In this document: positions 1 through 8,489 of the stretch, in pieces
Layout: each line of letters opens with the position of its first letter
Numbering within the stretch: the first letter of the stretch is position 1
Translations under genes and position numbers: made by a program
Notes under the pieces: model-generated
The model's database searches: none
The model's input: only the letters and a program-made list of their open reading frames with translations
What the model was told of the DNA's origin: nothing
NCBI GenBank assembly: GCA_048213135.1
Contig: PS015009.1
Span: forward strand, 1,054,001-1,118,000
Direction of reading: 5' to 3'
DNA length: 64,000 bases
DNA from: Reclinomonas americana ATCC 50394
Taxonomy: Eukaryota

Positions 1-1795
1 TGCCGTGGGTTACTTCGTGAGTTATTACGACTACTACCAGCCCGAGGCCTACCTGCCTGTGAGCAATATTTATATTGAAAAAGACCTGAGCATTAACGAG
101 GAACTCGATAAACTGCGCCTTCAGGCCACAGCACAACTGCTGAGCGGCAGGCGTGATATTATAGTGGTAGCCAGTGTGAGTTGCATCTATGGTATGGGTA
201 ATCCTACCGATTACGAGAATGGTATCATCCGCATTCACCAGGGACAGGTCATATCCAGGCAGGGTTTTCTGCATGCGCTGGTAAACTCACTGTACAACCG
301 CAGCGAAATAGAATTTAACCGTGGCTCCTTCCGTGTGAAAGGCGATACTATCGACATCAACCTGCCTTACGTGGACTTCGGCTACCGCATCACTTTTTTC
401 GGTGACGAGATCGAAAGCATTGAAACACTGGAACTGAGCAGCGGTAAACGCATCAGCAGCGTGGAGAACGCGGCCATCTTCCCGGCCAACCTGTACGTGG
501 CGCCCAAGGATATGCTGCAGCAGGTGATACACGAAATACAGGATGAATGCAACGCACAGACAGAATACTTTAAAGCCAGCGGTAAATATATAGAAGCCCA
601 GCGCATCGACGAGAGAGTGAACTACGACCTGGAAATGATCCGCGAACTGGGCTACTGCAATGGCATCGAAAACTATTCCCGTTTCTTCGACAGGCGGCAA
701 CCAGGCACCCGGCCTTTCTGCCTGCTGGATTATTTTCCGCAGGATTTTTTGCTGATGATAGATGAAAGTCACCAGACCATTCCGCAGGTGAGCGGCATGT
801 ACGGTGGCGACCGCAGCAGGAAACTGATACTGGTGGATTACGGCTTCCGCCTGCCCAGCGCACTCGATAACCGCCCGCTCAACTTTCACGAATTTGAACA
901 GCTTACCAACCAGACCATCTTCGTATCGGCCACACCCGGTGATTATGAACTGGAAAAATCGGAAGGCATTGTGGTGGAACAGGTGGTGCGCCCGACAGGA
1001 CTGCTGGACCCGCCGATCGAGATCCGTCCTTCGGTGAACCAGATCGACGACCTGCTGGAAGAGATCGACAAGCGGGTAACCAAGGGCGACCGCGTATTGG
1101 TGACCACGCTTACCAAACGCATGGCAGAGGAAATGGACAAATACCTGCAGCGCATCAACATCAAAAGCAAATACATACACAGCGAAGTGGATGCATTGGA
1201 ACGTGTGGAGATATTAAGAGAACTGCGCTTAGGCGTGATCGATGTACTGGTGGGTGTTAACCTGCTTCGTGAAGGACTCGATCTGCCGGAAGTATCCCTG
1301 GTAGCAGTGCTGGACGCGGATAAAGAAGGTTTTTTACGGAATGAAAAAAGTCTTACCCAAACAGCCGGACGTGCCGCCCGTAACGCAGACGGACTCGTGA
1401 TTTTTTATGCCGATACCATGACGGAGAGTATGCAGAAGACGATCGATGAAACCAACCGTCGCCGCGATAAACAGATGGCCCACAACCTGGAACATGGCAT
1501 TACCCCGAAAACAGTAGTGAAAAGCAAGGAGCAGATCATGGCCCAGGGCTCAGTACTGGATGTAAAAGGTTATGATCCTTCCAATACTTATGCCTTAGCC
1601 GCGGATGAAGAACTGGTGAATGTTGCCGCGGAGGACCAGGAAACCTACAAAACCATACCCCAGCTGGAAAAAGCCATCGCCAAAGTAAAAAAGACGATGG
1701 AAAAAGCAGCGAAAGACCTCGATTTTATGGAAGCCGCAAGACTGAGGGATGAAATGTTCCGGATGAAAAAACAACTCGACGAGATGAAAGCTTAG
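1..1795 (+). CDS. uvrB: Excinuclease ABC subunit B (5' truncated by window edge)
   Basis: YFVSYYDYYQPEAY beta-hairpin, IDESH, VSATPG, EQVVRPTGLLDP, GVNLLREGLDLPEV, QTAGRAARN, C-terminal LDFMEAARLRD. Confidence 0.98.
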   Translation, partial: AVGYFVSYYDYYQPEAYLPVSNIYIEKDLSINEELDKLRLQATAQLLSGRRDIIVVASVSCIYGMGNPTDYENGIIRIHQGQVISRQGFLHALVNSLYNRSEIEFNRGSFRVKGDTIDINLPYVDFGYRITFFGDEIESIETLELSSGKRISSVENAAIFPANLYVAPKDMLQQVIHEIQDECNAQTEYFKASGKYIEAQRIDERVNYDLEMIRELGYCNGIENYSRFFDRRQPGTRPFCLLDYFPQDFLLMIDESHQTIPQVSGMYGGDRSRKLILVDYGFRLPSALDNRPLNFHEFEQLTNQTIFVSATPGDYELEKSEGIVVEQVVRPTGLLDPPIEIRPSVNQIDDLLEEIDKRVTKGDRVLVTTLTKRMAEEMDKYLQRINIKSKYIHSEVDALERVEILRELRLGVIDVLVGVNLLREGLDLPEVSLVAVLDADKEGFLRNEKSLTQTAGRAARNADGLVIFYADTMTESMQKTIDETNRRRDKQMAHNLEHGITPKTVVKSKEQIMAQGSVLDVKGYDPSNTYALAADEELVNVAAEDQETYKTIPQLEKAIAKVKKTMEKAAKDLDFMEAARLRDEMFRMKKQLDEMKA

Positions 1796-1796
1796 A

Positions 1797-2381
1797 TCAG
1801 TTGGTCAGTTGTAACTTCCCGCTGTCATCAATGGTATAAATGGCTACCTTTTTCTTATCCTGTTCCTTTTCGGCAAAATCGTTGAGCGTAGTAATGGTAA
1901 TGGTCTTGTCTTTTATCACCGATGTAATGGCCATAAAACCTTCCGCATTGTCGTAATACACATCCTGCTGACCGGTGATACTACCTGAAGGATCATATAC
2001 GACCAGCCAGGCTTTATTTTCGTTATCATATTCCCTGCCAATGAGTAATACATGGCCCTGCGGACCGTTGTACAGGGTATCGATAAGGCGGTACCTGAAT
2101 TCCGGCGCGGGCATCTGGTCGAGCCGCTCGATGTGCATGGCTCGCTGCGCTTCAGTGGACAGGAGTTTACCTTTTCGCAATAATCCTTTTTGTACTAAAG
2201 TGATACCATCAAGTTTATGCGCCTTCAGCGTTATGGGCGGAACCGGCGCGGGGGTTGGAACAGGCTTTGCCGTATCCTTAACAACCACTGTTGTATTGGA
2301 TGGTGTTTCTTTTTCAGCCGGCTGGCTGCAGGAAAATAAAGCGGTGATTAACACTACAGGTAAAAGATAGTTCTTAGGCAT
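1797..2381 (-). CDS. Hypothetical lipoprotein
   Basis: MPKNYLLPVVLITALFSC lipoprotein signal, Pro-rich linker; start placed at ATG 2381. Confidence 0.75.
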   Translation of the reverse strand: MPKNYLLPVVLITALFSCSQPAEKETPSNTTVVVKDTAKPVPTPAPVPPITLKAHKLDGITLVQKGLLRKGKLLSTEAQRAMHIERLDQMPAPEFRYRLIDTLYNGPQGHVLLIGREYDNENKAWLVVYDPSGSITGQQDVYYDNAEGFMAITSVIKDKTITITTLNDFAEKEQDKKKVAIYTIDDSGKLQLTN

Positions 2382-2452
2382 GAGGACAGGTTTGTGATAA
2401 AGATAAATCATCTGCGGAAAAATTATACTCCCGCTGATGTATTATGCCGGCC

Positions 2453-3088
2453 TTATATACATCCTTCTCCCACAGCAGTGATCACGGTTTTTATCAGCAG
2501 TATTTTTTTATCCCATCGTACAAAATACGTCACCCTGGCACTGGTTACGGGACAATCATGGATGCGCATATCGAAACGAAAAAGATAGCCTTCCCGTAAA
2601 CGTTTATACTCAATCGATGGGCGGGTCTGTACAGGAATAAAACGGCTCTGCGCCAGCTGGTGCGATACCAGCCACAGGTAAGCGTCGTACGCGTTGTCGA
2701 GCCGGCCAATGAAATCCGACATCATTGCCATATCCCCGATGGATACCGCCCTGCCGTCCTTTCGGGCGGAGAGGTACCAGCCGCAGCCACCGGGCGGACA
2801 AAAGGTATAGAAGCTGTTGCGGCTTTTCGTGAGCACCACGGAATCGTGCAGGCGGAGATTTTTATTGTTGCGGTAAAGATTACTGTACCGCCCGTTATTG
2901 GAAACAATATTCAGCTCCCATTTGGCATAACCCGGCGAAGGCCGTACCGAATCAAGCAGCGATACTTGCGGGAACGTTGAGAAACCGGTACTGTCGGGCA
3001 GAAACTTTTGTACAAGCGCCGAATCGGACTGTGCCTTGCCCTGTAAAGCGAGACAACAAAGGATCAGGTATAGTCCTGTTCTTTTCAT
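2453..3088 (-). CDS. Hypothetical secreted protein
   Basis: 211 aa, signal peptide MKRTGLYLILCCLALQGKAQ, overlaps upstream gene by 4 bp. Confidence 0.75.
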   Translation of the reverse strand: MKRTGLYLILCCLALQGKAQSDSALVQKFLPDSTGFSTFPQVSLLDSVRPSPGYAKWELNIVSNNGRYSNLYRNNKNLRLHDSVVLTKSRNSFYTFCPPGGCGWYLSARKDGRAVSIGDMAMMSDFIGRLDNAYDAYLWLVSHQLAQSRFIPVQTRPSIEYKRLREGYLFRFDMRIHDCPVTSARVTYFVRWDKKILLIKTVITAVGEGCI

Positions 3089-3738
3089 TTATTTTCGGAC
3101 TGTGTTTTTTCGGTAAGGTATTGCAGCAATTGCGTCGCCGTTCCCAGCGCTTCACTGGCCAGGGGATCGCCAAACAATACACCCGTGGGTGCTTCGCCAA
3201 AATAAAGTCCGTCAGACACAAGGAACGTGATGCGGGTATTACCCATGGGTGGAAAAGGCCGCCGTGCTTCTTCCCAGGGACCAATCTGGTCCACTATCTT
3301 ACGGGACTGGTCAAACAATTGTGCGGTAAGCTCATTGACAGTGGTATCGGAAACAGATTCCCACACCACTACTCTTTCGGAATGATTGATATAGCGGGCC
3401 GTGCCATTGCTGAAGGAAGCCAGCACGTCGGGCCCTTCTTCCAGCGACACTTCTACAATAACGGCAAGTATTTCTTTTTTTGCTGGTACATGACCGGCAG
3501 CCTGCTGTTTGCGGTAAGCCAGCAGTTTGATCCGCGGATCAGCGGTCGTATCATCGATGATCTTCTGCAGCTCAGCGGTAACGTCCTCTTCCGAAAACAA
3601 AATATTGTACGGGTAAGGATAGGGGTCCGGCAGGTTGAACCGGAACATGTCCGGCTCATCACAGAAAAGCAGGTTATAGATGAAGTTGGTCTTTTCATCT
3701 TTATACGGACCGGTAAAAGCGCTGGCGGGAATTGTCAT
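3085..3738 (-). CDS. Hypothetical protein
   Basis: 217 aa ORF with 4-bp overlaps on both sides (operon-like). Confidence 0.75.
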   Translation of the reverse strand: MTIPASAFTGPYKDEKTNFIYNLLFCDEPDMFRFNLPDPYPYPYNILFSEEDVTAELQKIIDDTTADPRIKLLAYRKQQAAGHVPAKKEILAVIVEVSLEEGPDVLASFSNGTARYINHSERVVVWESVSDTTVNELTAQLFDQSRKIVDQIGPWEEARRPFPPMGNTRITFLVSDGLYFGEAPTGVLFGDPLASEALGTATQLLQYLTEKTQSENK

Positions 3739-4202
3739 AATACGGGTGAAGTTGATAATAGTTTTTCAAAACAAACGCTGTTGTCCACCAGCATGTACTG
3801 CCCGTAATTAGGGATGATGCGGTAACCCTTGCCCAGGTAAAGACTGATGGCATCGGGCTGGCGTTTGCCGGTTTCCAGTACACAACGGGTGATGCCCAGT
3901 TCCGCAGCCCATTGCTCCAGCTCAGCCAGTACTTTACCGGCGATGCCTTTGCCGCGTTGTTCAGGCAGGGTGTACATGCGTTTTACTTCCATCGTACCGG
4001 GTTCAATTTCGCGGATGGCGCCACAGCCCACAGGTGTTTCCCCGTCGCAGGCCAATACTACGTGAGCAAGATGTGCTGTTTTATTGAATTGTGCATAGAA
4101 CTCGTGGTCGTCGCCATCAAGTTCGGCGAGGGTGGCATCGAGCAACTTAACCAGCGGGGCAAAATGAGGATGTGATGAATCGGTTCTTATAATGGTGATC
4201 AT
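3735..4202 (-). CDS. GNAT family N-acetyltransferase
   Basis: VGCGA, EVKRMYT..RGKGIA, LETGKRQPDAISLY motifs. Confidence 0.92.
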   Translation of the reverse strand: MITIIRTDSSHPHFAPLVKLLDATLAELDGDDHEFYAQFNKTAHLAHVVLACDGETPVGCGAIREIEPGTMEVKRMYTLPEQRGKGIAGKVLAELEQWAAELGITRCVLETGKRQPDAISLYLGKGYRIIPNYGQYMLVDNSVCFEKLLSTSPVL

Positions 4203-4208
4203 TTGTTA

Positions 4209-4661
4209 TCAGTTGGCTTTGTCGTGAACATTACTTTCTTCCAGCTTGCATTTGGCGAGGAATTTTTTTCCTGTTTCTTCCGTCACCAGGTTCAGGCGGG
4301 CGCGGGCATATATGATACCCATTTTCACGGCCTGTTCTACATAATAAACCTTACCGGGTTCAGTATCAATTTCCAGTTCGGACATATTTTCTGCTTTTGA
4401 ACGTATAGTGTGTTTGCTGGGATGCACCAGCGTGTACAGGTAGCTTTTGGCGGATGTGGTGCCTATGGAAGCCATATCACAACTGACATTCATGGTGATG
4501 GCCGACCCGAAATTGGTGGGGCGTATGACATACACGAGGGCCATGCCTTCGGGCGGCGTCATATTCCGGCCAACACTGTCGCGTTGTTTGGAGGCGCGCT
4601 GGCTGTGGGCGGCTAGGCCGGTAAGGAGGATGGTTGCCAGGAGTAATAAACGGTATTTCAT
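4209..4661 (-). CDS. DUF2846-like secreted protein
   Basis: Signal peptide; ALVYVIRP, HTIRSKAE, PGKVYYVEQ pattern. Confidence 0.75.
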   Translation of the reverse strand: MKYRLLLLATILLTGLAAHSQRASKQRDSVGRNMTPPEGMALVYVIRPTNFGSAITMNVSCDMASIGTTSAKSYLYTLVHPSKHTIRSKAENMSELEIDTEPGKVYYVEQAVKMGIIYARARLNLVTEETGKKFLAKCKLEESNVHDKAN

Positions 4662-4702
4662 GCAGGTATGAAGTTACGATTTGTTTTACCGCGGAGAAGA
4701 AG

Positions 4703-5441
4703 ATGTCATCCCGACGAAAGAGCCTGTCCCGATGAGGAACAATATCGGGAAGGTATCTCATGTTCCGCCGGGGTCTCCGGTACGGGACCCCTGAGGGCCC
4801 CTGAGATTTTTTTCACAGAAATGTATGGGGGCTTTCACAGAGGATGTCATCCTGATGGAGGAGGAGTATTAAGTTCCGACGGGGTCTCCGGTACAGNNNN
4901 NNNNNNNNNNNNNNNNNNNNNNNNNNNNNNNNNNNNNNNNNNNNNNNNNNNNNNNNNNNNNNNNNNNNNNNNNNNNNNNNNNNNNNNNNNNNNNNNNNNN
5001 NNNNNNNNNNNNNNNNNNNNNNNNNNNNNNNNNNNNNNNNNNNNNNNNNNNNNNNNNNNNNNNNNNNNNNNNNNNNNNNNNNNNNNNNNNNNNNNNNNNN
5101 NNNNNNNNNNNNNNNNNNNNNNNNNNNNNNNNNNNNNNNNNNNNNNNNNNNNNNNNNNNNNNNNNNNNNNNNNNNNNNNNNNNNNNNNNNNNNNNNNNNN
5201 NNNNNNNNNNNNNNNNNNNNNNNNNNNNNNNNNNNNNNNNNNNNNNNNNNNNNNNNNNNNNNNNNNNNNNNNNNNNNNNNNNNNNNNNNNNNNNNNNNNN
5301 NNNNNNNNNNNNNNNNNNNNNNNNACAGGACCCCGGTGAGGTTTTTCACAGAGATATACGGAGGATTTTCACAGAGGATGTCATCCTGACGGAGGAGGAA
5401 TATTAAGTTCCGACGGGGTCTCCGGTACGGGACCCCGGTGA
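4703..5441. repeat. Tandem array of ~102-111 bp palindrome-containing units spanning the N-gap
   Basis: Unit TTTTCACAGAG..TTCACAGAGGATGTCATCCTGAyGGAGGAGG..TAAGTTCCGACGGGGTCTCCGGTACrGGACCCC on both sides of the gap; equivalent positions at 4782, 4893, 5325, 5427. Confidence 0.85.
4897..5324. other. Assembly gap (N run)
   Basis: 428 N, flanked by the same repeat unit. Confidence 1.
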
Positions 5442-5444
5442 AAA

Positions 5445-6044
5445 TTAATGGATGAGGCGGTTATTAAATTCATTTACATAATAGTTCAGGTTTTGCCCGA
5501 ACTCCGACCTGAAAAGCTCTTGTATGGTTTTGTCCTTGTCTAGTTTGGTTTTGACAGGCGCAAAAAATTCGTGAGGGTGCAGCGTAAGCGCCATTAGCAG
5601 GTAACTGCTCAATGTTTCATACCGGAATTTGTCGCCCGATGAGATGGTTCTTAAAAAAAGTGCCAGGGTTTCCTGTGTAGGATACTTTACCAAAGCCTTA
5701 TAACAAAAACGCCACCGGGCATAGTCATAATATTTATCCTGCCAGCCGGTCTCAAAAATATCTTTTACGTAAGGCAAAAAATATTCGTCGGGGAATATTT
5801 CCACGGCCCGCAGTGCGGAAACCTGGCGGTCGGAATTTTTAGAGAAGAAGGATACGATGAAAGGCCGGTCTTCGGGGTTATTGAACCTGGCTGGTACCGG
5901 CTGCCAGTATTTCCATTCTTCAGCGGGGTCCTGGTTGAGATCAGCCATATCTGGCTCTGCCTTTTTCAGTGGCAGGCAATTTAGTTGTTGACCTGTAATT
6001 CTTTTAAGATGCTTATCTGCGATCTCTTCAATGCTTAATGACAT
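5445..6044 (-). CDS. Hypothetical protein
   Basis: 199 aa ORF, no recognised motif. Confidence 0.6.
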   Translation of the reverse strand: MSLSIEEIADKHLKRITGQQLNCLPLKKAEPDMADLNQDPAEEWKYWQPVPARFNNPEDRPFIVSFFSKNSDRQVSALRAVEIFPDEYFLPYVKDIFETGWQDKYYDYARWRFCYKALVKYPTQETLALFLRTISSGDKFRYETLSSYLLMALTLHPHEFFAPVKTKLDKDKTIQELFRSEFGQNLNYYVNEFNNRLIH

Positions 6045-6113
6045 AAGAAAGATGTTAGCTGTTGCCGGTCCGCTTTTAACCTATTCCTAAATATATTAAA
6101 GTCGGATGAGCCT

Positions 6114-6240
6114 CCCGCGTGAGGGATTGCAGCGGATAGCCCACAGCCCGAGGAACGAGGGCGAGGACTATGAGCGGAAAGCCCGGCCCCGGCCTGGAGA
6201 GTTTTCCCACTGCAGAACTTACCGGGCCGGGGACACGCCC
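6114..6240 (+). repeat. Dispersed structured intergenic repeat (GCGTGAGGGAT...GGGACACGC family), copy 1
   Basis: Shares CCCGCGTGAGGGATnGCAGCGGAnAGCCC, GAGCG..AGCCCGGCCC and GGGACACGC with the reverse complement of 36183-36263. Confidence 0.8.
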
Positions 6241-6300
6241 CAAAAGCTACAAAAAGCCAACACATTGAGAAATATTTTGTTATCTTAACCTTCCTAAAAA

Positions 6301-7050
6301 ATGGTTATGACTACAATAGCGCTGTACAACCTTAAAGGCGGGGTGGGCAAAACCGCCAGTTGCGTAAACTTTGCCTACCTGGCGGCAGCCGATGGCTACA
6401 AAACCCTTTTGTGGGATATTGACCCCCAGGGTTCATCGTCTTTCTATTATAAAGCGAAACCCAAAACACACCCCGGCATCAAAAAACTGATCACCAAGGA
6501 TGCGGACCTGGAGAACGCCATTATGAGTACGGATTTTGAACTGCTGGATGTGATACCGGCAGACAATTCTTCCAAAAGCTTTGACATTATGCTGGAAGAG
6601 ATGAAGGGCAACAAGAATCGGCTGAAAGGCATCATCAAACAACTGGACAAAGACTATGATTTTGTATTTATTGACTGTCCGCCGGGCTTCAGCGCACTGA
6701 GTGAGAACATTTTTAACGCGGCGGACATAGTGCTGATGCCGGTGATACCCACCACGCTGAGCATTCGCACTTACCATATGGTGAAGGATTACTTTAAAGA
6801 AAAAGACCTGGACCTGGGTAAGATGATGTGCTTTTTCAGCATGACGGACCTGCGCAAGAACATGCACAACGAGATCATGGAGGAGTTGTATAAAGACAAA
6901 CGTTTTTTCCAGAATTATATCCCTTACCTGTCGGATGTGGAGAAGATGGGTGTGCATAAAGCGCCGATAATGGAGTTCGCGAACAGCAGCTATGCATCTA
7001 ATTGTTACCGGGAGCTGTGGACGGAGATCAAGGAAGGGGTATTGGAGTGA
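6301..7050 (+). CDS. ParA/Soj family ATPase
   Basis: Deviant Walker A KGGVGKT, DIDPQG, IDCPP. Confidence 0.92.
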   Translation: MVMTTIALYNLKGGVGKTASCVNFAYLAAADGYKTLLWDIDPQGSSSFYYKAKPKTHPGIKKLITKDADLENAIMSTDFELLDVIPADNSSKSFDIMLEEMKGNKNRLKGIIKQLDKDYDFVFIDCPPGFSALSENIFNAADIVLMPVIPTTLSIRTYHMVKDYFKEKDLDLGKMMCFFSMTDLRKNMHNEIMEELYKDKRFFQNYIPYLSDVEKMGVHKAPIMEFANSSYASNCYRELWTEIKEGVLE

Positions 7051-7113
7051 AGGAGGGAAGAAATGAAAGAATGAAGGATGGATGGCCTATTTTTGTGACA
7101 CCAAAAACTATTT

Positions 7114-7845
7114 ATGAAAAGAGAGTTATTCAGCTGGTACAGCCCAGCCCTGCAAAAGGACATGCCGATCGTTTCTTACGGCGACTACGGCTTCGCGTTA
7201 TTACTGGTGCCCACCGCGGCGGCCGATTACCTGGAATATGAAAGGTTCCAGCTGATGGAAACACTGGCCCCCTACATCAACAGCGGCAAACTGCGCATCT
7301 TCTCCATCAACAGCATCAACAACGAAAGCTGGCTGAATAATGAAATGGCCGGGGCCCACAAAGCCATCCGCCACAACCAGTTCAACGATTACGTATTTAA
7401 TGAAGTGGTGCCCTTCATCCGCACCAACACATCAGCGGAAACACCCATCATTACCTGTGGTGCTTCCTTTGGCGCCCTGCACAGTATGAACCTGTTTCTG
7501 AAACGCCCCGACCTGATCAACGGCGTAATCGCCATGAGCGGGGTATATGACCTGTCGGATTACACCAAAGGTTATTTTGATGAGCAGGTATACTTCAACT
7601 CTCCTATGCATTACATGCCCAACCTCACCGACCACGCGGTACTGGAGCAGATCAGGCAGAGCAACCATATCCATATACTCACCGGCAGCGGCGCCTACGA
7701 AGACCCCAATGCCTCTAAAGCTTTTGCCGGCGTACTGTACAACAAAGGCATCAACTACGAACTGGACGTATGGGGCGAGGAATGGAAACACGACTGGCCT
7801 ACCTGGAGGGCCATGTTACCCCTGTACCTGGACACCCGCTTTTAA
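7114..7845 (+). CDS. Esterase family alpha/beta hydrolase
   Basis: GASFG nucleophile elbow, AMSGVYD, C-terminal HDWPTW. Confidence 0.88.
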   Translation: MKRELFSWYSPALQKDMPIVSYGDYGFALLLVPTAAADYLEYERFQLMETLAPYINSGKLRIFSINSINNESWLNNEMAGAHKAIRHNQFNDYVFNEVVPFIRTNTSAETPIITCGASFGALHSMNLFLKRPDLINGVIAMSGVYDLSDYTKGYFDEQVYFNSPMHYMPNLTDHAVLEQIRQSNHIHILTGSGAYEDPNASKAFAGVLYNKGINYELDVWGEEWKHDWPTWRAMLPLYLDTRF

Positions 7846-7919
7846 GACAACGTGTTTTTACGCACAATAAAAGATGGCTTTTTCTGTTAATACTTAGGAA
7901 ACACCAATATCCTAAGATC

Positions 7920-8342
7920 ATGAAAAAGCCATTTTTACTTTTTGCACTCAAGTGCAGCGTGATCCTCTACTTTGCGGCCTGCACCCGCCTGGAACATTAT
8001 ACCACCGACAAATCTGCCACACCCGTAGTAACCGAAGGCTCCTGGAAAGTGAACCTGTACGAGAACGGCGGCAACAAAACCAGCGAATTTTCGGGGTATA
8101 CCTTCACTTTTACACCCGGCGGTAACCTGTTGGTACAAAAAGACGGCAGGCAGGTGAACGGCAACTGGTCAGAAGACGATATTGCCAAAAAGATAGTGAT
8201 TGACCTGGGTAAAACGGACCCGGTACTGGAAAAACTTAACGAGAACTGGGACGTAACCCGCATCAACGATAAAGAAATAGCACTCAGGAGCAAGGACCCT
8301 CTTGCGCCCAGCAGCATACACATCAGTTCCATTCCTATGTAA
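7920..8342 (+). CDS. Hypothetical lipoprotein
   Basis: MKK..YFAAC signal, GSWKV, FSGYTFTF; start placed at ATG 7920. Confidence 0.75.
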   Translation: MKKPFLLFALKCSVILYFAACTRLEHYTTDKSATPVVTEGSWKVNLYENGGNKTSEFSGYTFTFTPGGNLLVQKDGRQVNGNWSEDDIAKKIVIDLGKTDPVLEKLNENWDVTRINDKEIALRSKDPLAPSSIHISSIPM

Positions 8343-8393
8343 AAATTTTTCTTGCAGTTTTCTCTATAAGCATGATTGAGTATAATGGTATAA

Positions 8394-8419
8394 GGCAGCC
8401 CTGGTAAGGCTGCTTTTTT
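8394..8419 (+). terminator. Intrinsic terminator
   Basis: GCAGCC-ctggtaa-GGCTGC followed by T run. Confidence 0.7.
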
Positions 8420-8489
8420 ATTTGGCGCCGCCGTACTTCTTCCCTGTTTCCGGCCGCCATTTCTACGGCATTTGTTTTACTTTTATGGC

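Noticed and set aside
4668-5349. ORFs spanning the N gap
   Set aside because: Artefacts of the N run within repeats
4760-5441. CRISPR array
   Set aside because: Units are ~100 bp and similar along their whole length, with no unique spacers and no cas genes
6301-7050. Plasmid or prophage partition locus
   Set aside because: No parB, rep or phage genes; housekeeping context
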